Assembly (NCBI RefSeq): GCF_036365525.1
Contig: NC_090395.1
Span: 15,551,714-15,615,713, forward strand
From: Heterodontus francisci
Lineage: Eukaryota
Reading direction: 5' to 3'
Length of the DNA stretch: 64,000 bases
Position numbers and translations under genes: made by a program. The notes below the pieces were generated by a model. It saw nothing but the letters and a program-made list of their open reading frames with translations, searched no databases and was not told the origin of the DNA. Positions within the stretch are counted from its first letter, which is position 1, and each line of letters begins with the position of its first letter. Below are positions 47,701-61,303 of this stretch, piece by piece.

Positions 47701-48870
47701 GTGATATTCCAGGAATGTGACACTCACAGGAAGTGATATTCCCGGAGAGTGACACTCCCGGATAGTGATATTCCCCCAGAGTTGTATTCCCGGATAGTGA
47801 CATTCCTGGAGAGTGACAGTTCCGTATAGTGATATTCGCCAAGAGTGATATTCCCGAGTGTGACACTCCGGTTGCTGATATTACCGGCGACTGATGTTAC
47901 CAGATAGTGATATTCCCAGAGAGTGATATTCCTGGAGAGTGATATTCCTAGATAGTGACATTCCCGGATAGGAATATTCCCATATAGTGACACTCTTGGA
48001 TAGTGTCACTCTGGATAGTGACACTCCCTGATAGTGATACTCCCAGATAATTAAATCCTGGATAGTGTCATTCCAGATAGTGACACTCCATATAGTGACA
48101 CTCCCAGATAGTGACATTCCTCGATAGTGACACTCCCGAATAGTGACATTGCTGGAAAATGACTCCACCAAATAGTGGCATTCCTCGATAGTGACACTCC
48201 CGGATAGTGAAATTCATGGATAGTGACACTCCCGGATAGTGACATTCCTGGATATTGACACTCTGGATAGTGACTCTCCCAGATAGTGACATTCCTCGAT
48301 AGTGACACTCCCGGATAGTGACATTCCTGGATAGTGACATTCCCAGATAGTGACATTCCTGGATATTGATACTCTGGATAGTTACAGTCAGGATAGTGAC
48401 ATTCCCGGCTAGTGACTCCCCCGGATAGTAACATTCCTGGATAGTGACACTCAGGACAGTGCCACACCCGGATACTGACACTCCGGATAGTGACATTCCT
48501 GTTCGCGACAGTCCCAGATAGTGACATTCCTGTATACTAACACTTTGGTTAGTTACACTCCATTAGTGACATTCCCGGATATGACATTCCCGGATGGTGA
48601 CACTCCGGATCGTGACACTCCTGGAGAGTGACATTCCCGATAGTGTCATTCCCAGATAGTGATACTGCCGGTTAGTGACATTCCCAGATAGTGACACACC
48701 AGATAGTGAAGTTCTGGATTGTGACATTCCTGGATAGTGACACTGCGGTTAATGACATTCCCAGATAGTGACACACCGGATATTGACACCCTGGATAGTG
48801 AGACATCGGATCGTGACTCACCTGGATAGTGATGCTCCAGATAGCAACACCTCTGGATAGTGACAATCTG
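38750..48870. repeat. ~10.1-kb satellite array, ~17-bp monomer GA(T/G)AGTGA(T/C)A(T/C)TCC(C/T)(A/G)(G), with higher-order repeats
   Basis: Continuous gatagtgatattcccag / gagagtgacactcccgg units. Recurring landmark variants at kb scale. Confidence 0.97.
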
Positions 48871-51060
48871 GATTTTTAAAAATTTGTTCTGGGGATGTAG
48901 GCATCACTGGCTAGGCCGCTATTTATTGCCCATCCCTAATTGCCCTTCATAAGGTGGTGGTGAGCTCTCTTCTTGAACTGCTGCAGTCCTTGTGGTGTAG
49001 ACACACCAACAGTGTTGTTAGGAAGAGGGTTCCAGGATTTTGACCCAGCAATAGCGAAGGAACGGCGATATAGTTACAAGTCAGGATGTTGTGTGGCTTG
49101 GAGGGGAACTTGCAGGTCCTGGTGTTCACATGCATCCACTGTTCTTGTCCTTCTAGGTGGCAGAGATCGCAGGTTTGGAAGGTGTTGTTGAAGGAGCCTT
49201 GGTGAGTTCTGCATTGCATCTTGTAGATGGTACACACTGCTGCCACTGTGTGTCGTTGGTGGTGAAGGAAGTGAATGTTGAAGGTGGTGAATGGGGAAGC
49301 AATCAAGCGGGCTGCTTTGTCCTGGATGGTGTCGAGCTTCTTGAGTGTTGTTGGAGCTGCACCCATCCAGGCAATGGAGAGTATTCCATCACACTCCTGA
49401 CTTGTGCCTTGTAGATGGTGGACAGGCTTTGGGGAGTCAGGAGGTGAGTTACTTGCCACAGAATTCCCAGTCTCTGATTTGCTCTTGTAGCCACAGCATT
49501 TATCTGGCTGGTCCAGTTCAGTTTCTGGACAACGGCAACCCCCAGGATGTTGATAGTAGGGGATTCAGCAATTGTAATGCCATTGAATGTCAAGGGGAGA
49601 TGGTTAGATTCTCTCTTGTTTGAGATGGTCATTGCCTGGCACTTGTGGGCTGCTTCAGTATCTGAGGAGACGTGAATGGTGCTGAACATAGTGCAATCAT
49701 CAGCGAACACCCCCACTTCTGACCTTATGATGGAGGGAAAGTCATTGATGAAGCAGCTGAAGATGGTTGAACCTAGGACACTACCCTGAGGAACTCCTGC
49801 AGTGATGTCCTGGGACTGAGATGATTGGCCTCCAACAACCACAACCATCTTCCTTTGTGCTAGGTATGACTCCAACCAGCGGAGTGGTTTCCCCCGATTC
49901 CCATTGACTCCAGTTTTGCTAGGGTTCCTTGATGCCATACTCGGTCAAATGCTGCCTTGATGTCAAGGGCAGTCACTCTCACCTCATCTCTGGAGTTCAG
50001 CTCTTTTGTCCATGTTTGAACCAAGGCTGTAATGAGGTCAGGAGCTGAGTGGCCCTGGCAGAACCCAAACTGAACGTCAGTGAGCAGATTATTGCTGATC
50101 AAATGCTGCTTGATAGCACTGTTAACAACCCCTTCCATCACTTTACTGATGATCGGGTGGTAATTGGCCAGGTTGGATTTGTCCTACATTTTGTGCACAG
50201 GACATACCTGGGCAACTTTCAACATTGCCGGGTAGATGCCAGTGTTGTAGCTGTACTGGAACAGCTTGGCGAGAGGTGTGGCAAGTTCTGGAGCACAGGT
50301 CTTCAGTACAATCGCCGGAATGTTGTCAGGGCCCATAGCCTTTGCAGTATCCAGTGCCTTCAGCCATTTCATGATATCACGTGAAGTGAATCAGATTGGC
50401 TGAAGACTAGCAGCTGTGATGCTGGGAACCTCAGGACTTCTGGCTGAAGATGGATGCAAATGCTTCAGTCTTGTGTTTTGCACTAATGTGCTGGGCTCCC
50501 CCATCATTGAAGATGGGGATATTTGTGGAGCCTCTTCCTCCTGTCAGTTGTTTAATTATCCACCACCATTCACGACTGGATGTGGCAGGACTGTAGAATT
50601 TATATCTGATCTATTGGTTGTGGGTTTGCTTAGCCCTGTCTATTGCATGTTGCTTCTGCTGTTTGGCATGCAAGTAGTCCTGTGTTGTAGCTTCACCAGG
50701 CTGACATCTCACTTTAGGTATGCCTGGTTCTGCTCCTGGCATGCCCTCCTACACTCTGCATTGAACCAGTGTTGGACTCCTGGCTTGATGTTAATGGTAG
50801 GGTGGAGGATATGCCGGGTCATGAGGTTAGGGGTTGTGGTTAAATACAATTCTACTGCTGCTGATGGTGCACAGTACCTCATGGATGCCCAGTTTTGAGT
50901 TGCTAGATCTGTTCAAAATCTACCCCATTTAGCATGGTGGTAATGCCACCATGGTGGGTACCTCAATGTGAAGACGAGACTTCGTCTCCTCAAGGATTGT
51001 GCAGTGGTCACTCCTACCAATACTGTGGACAGATGCATCTGTGACAGGCAGATTAGTGAG

Positions 51061-52921
51061 AACAAAGAACAAGAACAAAGAACAGTACAGCACCGGAACA
51101 GGCCATTCGGCCCTCCAAGCCTGCGCCGATCTTGATGCCTGCCTAAACTAAAACCTTCTGCACTTCTGGGGCCCATATCCCTCTATTCCCTTCCTATTCA
51201 TATATTTGTCAAGATGTCTCTTAAACGTCGCTATCGTATCTGCTTCCACCACCTCCCCTGGCAGCAAGTTCCAGGCACTCACCACCCTCTGTGTAAAGAA
51301 CTTGCCTCGCACATCCCCTCTAAACTTTTCCCCTCGCATCTTAAACCTATGTCTTTTAGTAACTGACTCTTCCACCCTGGGAAAAAGCTTCTGACTATCC
51401 ACTCTGTCCATGCCGCTCATAACTTTGTAAACCTCTATCATGTCGCCCCTCCACCTCCGTCGTTCCAGTGAAAACAATCCAAGTTTTTCCAACCTCTCCT
51501 CATAGCTAATGCTCTCCAGACCAGGCAACATCCTGGTAAACCTCCTCTGTACCCTCTCCAAAGCCTCCACGTCCTTCTGGTAGTGTGGCGACCAGAATTG
51601 CACGCAATATTCGAAGTGTGGCCTAACTAAGGTTCTGTACAGCTGCAACATGACTTGCTAATTTTTATACTCGATGCCCCGACCGATGAAGGCAAGCATG
51701 CCGTATGCCTTCTTGACTACCTTATCCACCTGCGTTGCCACTTTCAGTGACCTGTGGACCTGTACGCCCAGATCTCTCTGCCTGTCAATACTTCTGAGGG
51801 TTCTGCCATTTACTGTATACCTCCCACCTGCATTAGACCTTCCAAAATGCATTACCTCACATTTGTCCGGATTAAACTCCATCTGCCATTTCTCCGCCCA
51901 AGTCTCCAACCGATCTATATCCTGCTGTATCCTCTGACAATCCTCATCATTATCCGCAACTCCACCCAACCTTTGTGTCGTCCGCAAACTTACTAATCAG
52001 ACCAGCTACATTTTCCTCCAAATCATTTATATATACTACAAACAGCAAAGGTCCCAGCACTGATCCCTGTGGAACACCACTAGTCACAGCCCTCCATTCA
52101 GAAAAACACCCATCCACTGTTACCCTCTGTCTTCTATGACCGAGCCAGTTCTTTATCCATCTTGCCAGCTCACCTCTGATCCCTTGTGACTTCACCTTTT
52201 GTACCAGTCTGTCATGAGGGACCTTGTCAAAGGCTTTACTGAAGTCCATATAGATAACATCCACCGCCCTTCCCTCATCAATCATCTTCGTCACTTCCTC
52301 AAAAAACTCAATCAAATTAGTAAGACATGACCTCCCCTTCACAAAACCATGCTGTCTCTCGCTAATAAGTTTGTTTTTTTCCAAATGGGAGTAAATCCTG
52401 TCCCAAATAATCCTCTCTAATAGTTTCCCTACCACTGACGTAAGGCTCACCGGCCTATAATTTCCTGGATTATCCTTGCCACCCTTCTTAAACAAAGGAA
52501 CAACATTGGCTATTCTCCAGTCCTCTGGGACCTCACCTGTAGCCAATGAGGATGCAAAGATTTCTGTCAAGGCCCCAGCAATTTCTTCCCTTGCCTCCCT
52601 CAGTATTCTAGGGTAGATCCCATCAGGCCCTGGGGACATATCTACCTTAATGCTTTGCAAGACACCCAACACCACCTCCTTTTTGATAATGAGATGACTG
52701 AGACTATCTACACTCCCTTCCCAAGGCTCATCATCCACCAAGTCCTTCTCTTTGGTGAATACTGATGCAAAGTACTCATTTAGTACCTTGTCCATTTCCT
52801 CTGGCTCCACACATAGATTCCCTTCTCTGTCCTTGAGTGGGCCAACCCTTTCCCTGGTTACCCTCTTGCTCTTTATATATGTATAAAAAGCCTTGAGATT
52901 TTCCTTAATCCTGTTTGCCAA
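51061..52921 (-). mobile_element. Young 5'-truncated CR1 (RT largely intact)
   Basis: 328-aa ORF SPGPDGIYPR...NYRPVSLTS...QHGF...YMDFSKAFDKVPH...GVPQGSVLGP...FADDTK. TGTTCTT(T)-repeat tail. TGAG on both sides. Confidence 0.93.
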
Positions 52922-53176
52922 TGAGGACGAGGTCAAGTCAGATCTTCCCTCTTGTTGGCTCCCTCACCACCTGCTGCAGACCCAGTCTAGCAGCTATGTC
53001 CTTTAGGACTCGGACAGCTCAGTCAGTAATGGTGCCTCACCCAGAGTATATTTCATGCCCTTGCCATCCTCAGTGCTTCTTCCTATTGGTGTTCAACATG
53101 GAGATGCACTGATTCATCCGCTGATGTGGGGGTGGTAGATGGTAATCAGCAGGAGGTTTCCTTGTCCATGTGTGAC

Positions 53177-56100
53177 TGGAAACAGAGTGCAGATTGCAAG
53201 CAGAGTGTGGAGATACGAGTTTGGTGAGTGGGGAGCAGGAGCTCCTTTTTCTGCTTTTTTCACCCTCCAGTATTTGGTTCTTACTTTGCCGCAGTGGAAG
53301 GAGCAGGTTAGTGAGTAACTCATAAGCTATTCTGCTTATAATGTTAAGGTATGGCAAGGCAGCTCAGCCAAGTGGAATGTGCATCCTATGGCATATGGGA
53401 CGTCATGGACGCACCACGTGTCCTAGAAAAGTGCATCTGCAGGAAGTGTCATCAGCTGCACAAGCTTAAGCTCTGGGTTTCAGAACTCGAGCAGCGGCTG
53501 GAGTCACTGTGGTGCATCTGCGAGGCAGAGGACTATGTGGATAGCACGTTTAGGGAGGTGATCACACCACAGGTTAGGGGCATGCAGGCAGAGAGGGAAT
53601 GGGTGACCACCAGGCAGTCTAAGAGAACCAGGCAGGTAGTGCAGGAGACCCTGAGATGATCTCACTTGCTAATCGATTTTCCATTTTGGATACTGGTCGA
53701 GTGTTATTTCCTCAGTGGAGTGCAAGTTTGTGGCACCACAGGTGGCTTAGCTGGACAAGAGGGGAGGAAGAAGAGTGGAAGAGCAGTAGTGATAGGGAAT
53801 TTGTTAGTTAGGGGAACAGACAGGTGTTTCTGCGGCCTTAGACATGACTCCAGGATGGTGTGCTACCCCCCCACCCCCTGGTGCCAGAGTCAAGGATGTC
53901 ACAGAGCAACTACAGGACATTCTTCTGGGGGAGGGTGAACAGCCAGAGGTCATGGTCCACGCTGGCACTGATGACATATGTAAGAAGGGGGATGAGGTCC
54001 TGAAAGCAGATTTTTGGGAGCTAGGAAGGAGATTAAAAAGCAGGACCTCAAAAGCAGTAATCTCAGGATTACTCCCAGTCCCACATGCAAGTGAGCATGG
54101 GAATAGCAGAATTGAGTGATTGAACACATGGCTGGGAAACAGGGGAGGGCATCAGATTTCTGAGACATTGGGACTGGTTCTGGGGCAGGTGGGAGCTGTA
54201 CAAGATGGACAGGTTGCATCTTAGCAGGACTGAGGCTAATATCATCACAGGGATATTTGCTAGTGCTGTTGGGGAGGGTTTAAACTTGATTGACAGGGGG
54301 AGGAAAATGTGAGAGGGAGCTCAAATTGGAGGGAAACAGAACTGGTAACTTGTCGGGGTGTTGGAACCAGGGGCAAATATCAGAGAGGAAAACTAAGGTG
54401 CACAGAATAGCAGGGGAGATAGAAAGCACTAGAGTAGGGAATAGTAAGTTATTAGGTGGGGTCAGAGTAAGGCAGAAAGTAATAAAGTCTAAATCAGGGT
54501 TAATGTGCATGTATGTGAATGCACGGAGTGTGGTTAATAAGACTGGTGAGGTACAGGTGCAGATTGTCATGTGGAAATATGAAGTTGTGGCTACAACAGA
54601 GACCTGGCTCAAAGAAGGGCAGACCTGGGTGTTAAATATTCCTGGATACAAGGTGTTCAGAAAAGAAAGGGAAAAAGGAGGAGGGGTGGCAGTATTGATT
54701 AAGGAGAGCATTGCAGTGCTGGAGAAAAAGGCTGTCCCAGAGGGGTTGAGGACAGAATCAATTTGGCTTGAGCTAAGGAACAAAAAAGGTGCGGATTATA
54801 TTGCTTAATATTGTCTATAGGCCACCAACTAGTGGGAAGGACGTGGAGGAACAAATTTGTAAGGAAATTACAGAGAGGTGCAAAGATTATAGGGTAGTTA
54901 TAATGGGAGACTTTAATTATCCAAACATAGACTGAGATAATAGTGTAAAGGGCAGTGAGGGGCAAGAGTTCCTAGAATGTGTTCAGGAAACTTTTCTCCA
55001 GCAGTATGTTGCTAGTCCAATGAGAAAGGAGGTACTGTTAGACCTGGTTCTTGGGAATGAGATGGGTCAAGTGGATCAAGTATCAGTAGGAGAGCATTTA
55101 GGGGATAGTGATCATTGTATTGTAAGGTTTAGGCTGACTATGGAAAAGGACAAAGAGTAATCCAGGGTAAGAATAATTAACTGGGGGAAAGCCAACTTCA
55201 ATGGGGTAAGAATGGAGCTGGGGCAAATAAATTGGAGTCAAAGGTTGGTAGGAAAAACAATAGCTGAACAATAGGCTACCTTCAAAGAAGAGATAGTTTG
55301 GGCACAGTCAAGGTATGTTCCCTCGCAGGGGAAAGGTAGGGCAAATAAATCCAGACTCCCTGGATGACAAAAGGGGTAGAGATTAAGATGAAGAAGAAAA
55401 AGTGTGCTTAGGACAGATGCCAGGTAGAAAATACTATTGAGAACCAGGCTGAATATAGAAAGTCCAGAGGGGAAGTGAAAAAGAAAATAAGAGAAGCAAC
55501 GCGAGAGCATGAAAAGAGACTGGCTGCTAAAATTAAAGGGAATCCCAAAGTTTTCTATAGACATATAAATAGTAAAGGGGTGGTAAAAGGAGTGGGGCCA
55601 ATTAGGGACCATAAAGGGGATTTACACATGGAGGCAGAGGGCATAGCTGAGCTATTAAATGAATACTTTGCATCTGTCTTTATCAAGGAAGAAGATGCAA
55701 CCCAGGCAATGTTGAAAGAGGAGGTAATTCAGACACTAGAGAGGTTTAAAATTAAAGAAATGTGAAGTGATTGATTTTGGTAGGAAGAACATGGAGAGAC
55801 AATGTAAAAAAAAGGATACAATTTTAAAGGGGGTGCAGGAGCAGAGGGACCTGGGTTTATATGTATAGAAGTCATTGAAGATGGCAGGACAAGTTGGGAG
55901 AGCAGTTAATAAAGCATACAGTATCCTGGGCTTTATTAATAGGGACATAGAATACAAGAGCAAGGAGGTTATGTTGAACTTGTATAAGACACTAGTTCAG
56001 CCTCAGCTGGAGTATTGTGTCCAGTTCTGGGCGTGCACTTTAGGAAAGACGTGAGGACATTAGAGAAAGTACAGAAAAGATTCACGAGAATGGTTCCAGG

Positions 56101-56552
56101 GATGAGGAACTTCAGTTATGAAGATAGATTGGAGAAGTTAGGACTGTTTTCCTTGGAGAAGAGAAGGCTGAGAGATGATTTGATAGAGGTATTCAAAATC
56201 ATGAGAGGTCTGGACAGACTAGATAGAGAGAAACTGTTCCTACTTGTGAAAGAATTGAGAACGAGAGGGCCCAGATTTAAAGTAGTTGGTAAGAGAAGCA
56301 AAAGTGACATGAGGAAAAACTTTTTCATGCAGCGAGTGGTTAAGGTCTGGAATGCGCTGCCTGAGAGTGTGGTGGAGGCAGGTTCAATTGAAGCATTCAA
56401 AAGGGAATTAGACAGTTATATGAAAAGGAAGAATGTGCAGGGTTACGGGGAGAAGGTGGGGGAATGGAACTGAGGGAGTTGCTCTTTCAGAGAGCCAGTG
56501 GGCCAAATGGCCTATTTCTGCACTGTAACAATTCTGTGATTCTGTGGTTCTC
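53177..56552 (+). mobile_element. Near full-length CR1 (ORF1 Zn-finger + SGNH esterase, ORF2 APE, 3' end) lacking the RT core
   Basis: ORF1 EC...CICRKC..L...VSELEQRLESL, AVVIGN, PGARVKDV, VHAGTDDI. ORF2 CMYVNARS, ETWL, GDFN, SDH. Jumps at ~55755 to KCEVI.FGRKN. ATTCTGTG tail. TGTGAC direct repeat at 53171-53176 and 56553-56558. Confidence 0.9.
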
Positions 56553-57765
56553 TGTGACCTCATGCCATGAGATTTCATGGGGTCCGGAGTCAATGTTGAA
56601 GACTCCCAGGGCAACTCCCTCCCTCCTGCATACCACTGTGCTGCCACTTCTGGTGGTTCAGTCCTGCTGGTGGGACAGGACATACCCAGGGATGGTGATG
56701 GTGGTGTCTGGGTATGATTCCGTGAGTATGATTTTGTCAGGCTGTTGCTTGACTAGTCTGTGGGACAGCTCTCCCAACTTTGGCACAAGCCCCCAGATGT
56801 TAGTAAGGAGGATCTTGCAGGGTCAACTTGTCAGTTACCCATTTCATTGGATAAGTTAATTTACATATGATTTACTTACCGGTCCTGTAACAATGAAAGT
56901 TAGTCCTGATTTGCATATTGATTTGGTGGATTTGTTGCTAGGAAATAACTTAGCTGGGGATAAGTGTTTGGCATCTCCAGTAATTTTGGAAAAGCCAGAT
57001 GAGTTGCTGAAACTGAAGTTTTGCAGGACGTATTCCCGGAATATTCCCAGGTTGTTGTGTAGTGATTAGGTCCCAGGCTCATTGGGCTGAACAAGGTAAG
57101 GCAGATTGTTATGGAAGTGCTTCCATTTATTTACGTTTTTTGAGGACTTGTGTTCTGGAATCGTGGTGATAGATTCATTTGAGACTGAAGGGATTCTATG
57201 GATGTGTTTTTTTAAAGGGTCACTGGAAGGACTCTGTTTAATAACAACATTTACTGAATGCCACATGCCTTCAGCTAAGTAAACAACAGGGGCCTTCTGA
57301 CTATGGGAGTTGTTTACAAGACAAGTGACATGTCAAAATTAATGGTGCTCAAGAATGTGTTTCATTTTTGAATACTGTTTTGCATCAGTTGGGTTTATAG
57401 CCTGCTGAAACACTCAGTTGATCTTTTCTCCACCTCTCTGAGAAGCCCTGCAAAAAATCCAGTGTCCGATAGCTGTAAAGCTTGTTGCCGCATTTCTAAT
57501 GAGACGCTTTTGGAAGACATCCTCTCAACATCTCCTGAACGAACTGCTTCTGAAAAGATCCCAGTGACCCAAATACGTGTACTTGAACGCCAGACTGTTT
57601 GCCATCTGGAACATAACATATCTTATCCTTTTCTTCAAGAATTAACAAGTACTTTGGCCAAAGCATCTTTATTTTTTCTTTAACATGTGTGTGTGTGTTG
57701 GGTATATCGAAGGGAATATGTATATTTACTGTCATATTTCAAACTGTGTGTTAAAGCTTTGCACC

Positions 57766-58745
57766 AGTTACGACCAGATGAGAAAGGGGTCTAGGGATTC
57801 CCTCTCAGCCTTTGCCTGGTTTGACCGTAACGGGGTTTAATTTTTAAAATACCATATTTTTAGACCCCCCCCTCAGTGAATCCTTGTTCACTGCTCTCCA
57901 ATTGTAGGGCAAAGAAATCAACAGACAGGTTTTCTGAGAATTACACAAGAAAGGTGGAAGCTTATTAACCTTAAACTCTAATTCGGTTAATGACTATGAA
58001 TATGCGACGCGATCACGCTAGCATGCATACGCAATAAACAAACTCGTGGATGGAGACAGAAAATTAGAAAGAACAAAGGGGAAAAGGTTGAGGCAATAGC
58101 TGGGATTTATTTACTGTCCTTTTAGTCCGATACATGAGCATGCATACATGTTACACAGATGCAGATAGAGACAGAAAAGAGCAGAAGAAATAAAGTGGAA
58201 ACGTTTGAGGCAATATCTGAAAAGTTTTTGTTACGGGTCTTCGAGCTCACTGTAGAGCCCTTGCTTGTAGGTTCATCTGTTGGGGCCCAGTATTCTTCTT
58301 AAACCTTGTTCGCTGTAGGAGACATTTCTCTCTTGGGGTTCATGTGTCTTCCATGGGTTTTTTTAGTTCTGTGAGAAAGAGATGAGAGCTGACAGACAGG
58401 CAGGAGAGGCTATGGTGAGCCAGCCAGCAGAGTTCTTCTCAGTCAAGGAGCAAAATGCTTTCTGCCAGTTCAAACATTGCACAAGTCAGAAAAAAAACAG
58501 ATTGCCAAGCAGGTTAGTCATGTGACCAACCAGTCTGACAATGTCTGTTTGTGGATTGTAATGGAGGAGGGGATAGCTCCTTTGTTCCCAAACACTGTCT
58601 GTTAATATGCAAAAATGTCTTTCTAGCCAGGGGTCTGGAAAACCCTTGTCACAGGCTTTCTCTTCTTCCCAGCACCAATTTGAAATTTAATGTCCATGGG
58701 ACAAAATTAATGTGATCATTCTTGGCAGGCGGGGGCCTGCCTGAC
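57766..58745 (-). mobile_element. 3' LTR of Gmr1-like Gypsy element
   Basis: Minus strand starts TGTCA after a purine-rich tract and ends ...TCGTAAC. Homologous to 1560-1938. Lies downstream of gag-pro. Confidence 0.6.
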
Positions 58746-61303
58746 ACCTACACACCCAGGGCAATGAAATACGATTTGACAAAAGCGCATTTCATTAAAA
58801 GGGTTGAGAGAAAATATATAAGATACAGAAAACCATGCATTTCTCTCATTTATTCCCATTCATTCATGAATCCTAAAACTTACTAAAACTGTCTTTTCTT
58901 GGTGGCAGTGCTGCTTTAACTTCCCCTTTTTGGCATCCCAGTAACCATGGTTCTTTCAGTTTGCCCATTTCCATGACTGCCTAGGGTCTTCGCTCCTGTT
59001 GAGGTCTGCCAAAGTGTGTGGCGGTGTGGGGGGGGGGGGGGGGGAGGGTAGTTGGGGAGTTAGATTTAATTAACCCTAGGTTGGAGGTTTTTCGAAGAGA
59101 AACAGTCATGGGAGGGTATATCCTGAACTCTCTTTGCTGAGTCCTGCAAAGGCTTTTGACTTCAGGTTGATGGATGGTTCCCTTTTTCTGTGATTGTGGG
59201 GGAGGATTCTTTGTTAAGCTCCCCTTTGTTCTCTGGGACACTGCTGCCTGCAGATATTTGTGCAGACTCTACTGCACTCCCCTGTGACACTTTGACTAGG
59301 TGAGGAATCACCCTCACGGTTTCTCTGCCCCTTTGAAGTCTTTCTTTGGCTCTGAGGGTTCCTGTAAATGCTGTTAGCAATTCTGGTGGGGTGCTTCTAG
59401 AGTCTGCATTTACGTAGGAGGATGTGGGGTCTAGGTTTTAAATTTTTAAGGGTTGGCTGACTGGACAGTAGGGGTTTTCATCCAGGATTCCTCCTGGATG
59501 TACTTTAAATTGCCCTCTTGGTCGTATTTTCCCTTTCCCTTTCTAAACGTTTGCCAGCCTTGTGCCTGCCTGTCCCCTTTTGTTCTCAGCGTGGGTCCCT
59601 TACAGTTCACCAGCCCTCTGCTGGAGGGTCCTCCAGAGATCGATACAGGACTTAGGGCTGCAGGTTTCACTGTAGGTTGGGGTTTCCCCTCAACCTGGCA
59701 CATGTAGCAACTCCTGCAGTACTCCACCACATCTTTGTGGAGTTTTGGCCAGTCAAACTGCTGTCTTATGTGAGCTTTGGTCTTCCATATACCGGCATAT
59801 ACAGCCACTGTAGTCCTGTGGGCCCTTCTTAATATTTCTCCTCGTTACCTCTGCGGCACCACTAGCTGGTGAACTACTGCCCACTCCTTGCTCTCAGGTC
59901 TGTGAGGAGAACTCCATTTCCTCATCAGTACCTCATTCTTTAAATAGTAGCAATCAGGGACTCCCTGTGCTAACTTTCTCAATACTGGGTCAGCTCGCTG
60001 AGCCTCAGCTAGGGAAAATCCGTTTAATTCATTCCCTGGGTCTTCTAACTTTCCAAAGAAAGTCTCAGACAGACAGACCTGGTCATTTGCCTGCGGTACC
60101 AATGCAGTCTCTTCTGGGGGAGCTGGTTTGATCATGGCCTGATCCAGTACACATTCCGGGAAACTGCAGGGGTCCATCTCCTGCCACTGCCCGGTCTCTC
60201 TGAACTCTCTTTCTTTCACTACTGGGGGCAGGGTAGGGGGGGGCATCTACCACCTTCACCCCTGCCAGATCATTACCTAGGAGCAGGTCAAACCTGTTCA
60301 CAGGCAAACTAGAGACACTCCCTACAGTCACCGTTCCTGAAACTAGGTTGCACTCCAGGTGCACCTGGTGTACAGGTACAGGCATACGCGGCCCTCCAAT
60401 ACCATTCACCGCCGTTTTGGAGTTCACTGTACATTTTGGGGGAAATGTCAGGCCTTTTCCCAGTAAAAGGGATCTAGTGGCCTCTCTGTCCCTGAGAATC
60501 ACTGTGGGCTTGCTGGCTCCACACAAGGGGTATGGGGTTACTTTCCCTTCAGACACAAAACCCTGATAACCTTCAGGAATCCTATTAAGTTTTCCGGCAC
60601 TTGCAGTAGTAAGTTTCCTGGGTTGCACTCTTACTGCAGTTAAAGCCACAGCTTGTTCTACTGTGCTTTGCATCAGGGTCCCATCTTCACTGATGTTCCC
60701 TGATGGTGTTCCCTGATCAATCCTACTGGTTTTACCTTTAGTTTCCAGCAGTCAGCTTTTAAATGCCCTGCTTTATTACAATGGAAGCACACAGGGTCCG
60801 GGTCTCACTCTTGCTCACAGCACCTTCCTTTTTGGCTAGAGGAGGGCCCTCTGTGTCTCCTGCTTTCCTTTCTCTCTCAGGATTGCCTGGGCAGATATCA
60901 CCTTCCCACCCTTTGTCCTTATCGGATTTGTGGGGGTGACTAGGAAAGGTTCTCCCCTGGGAAACCGACTTATAAATTAAAGCAAACTCATCGGCCAGAA
61001 AGGCTGCTTGCCAGACTCTCTGGAGTCGCTTCTCCTCTACATGGGTCTTTATGGAGAGTGGGAGAGAGTGTTTAAATTCCTCGAACAGAATTACTTCCCT
61101 GAAATTCTCATAGCTGAGCTGTACTTTAAGAACCCTCAGCCACTGGTCAAAAGCCAGCTGCTTACATCTTTCAAACTCCAGATAAGCTTGATTGGCTTGC
61201 TTCTTGAGGGTTATATACTTTTAGCGATAGGGTTTGTGTACTAATTCATATACCCCGAGCTTAGTATTTTTGGTCAGTTCATAATTTGATGAACTCTGAT
61301 CTG
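58746..61303 (-). mobile_element. Gmr1-like Gypsy internal relic: gag (SCAN-like CA, CCHC), protease, integrase Zn domain, then deletion
   Basis: REVILFEEFKHSLP...AAFLADEF; CFHCNKAGHLKADCW; ILRDREATRSLL...DLLLGNDLAG; LVVP...GIWKTKAHIRQQFDWPKLHKDVVEYCRSCYMCQ. Confidence 0.85.

Larger units (their letters stand above)
48875..56830 (-). mobile_element. L2-type LINE (pieces 48875-51060, 52922-53176, 56553-56830) split by two CR1 insertions
   Basis: 3' tail at ~48890. RT motifs GVPQGSVLG, FADD and MGPDNIPAIVLKTCAPEL. The endonuclease pieces rejoin colinearly with the 5712-6030 copy. Confidence 0.9.

Noticed and set aside
38932-48866. Dozens of EYHYPG/ISLSGN/VTIWEC ORFs
   Set aside because: The 17-bp monomer has no minus-strand stop codon, and all three frames give the same cyclic peptide.
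56886-57765. Possible additional LTR starting TGTAAC
   Set aside because: No second copy, PBS or clear 3' end is visible, so it cannot be supported.
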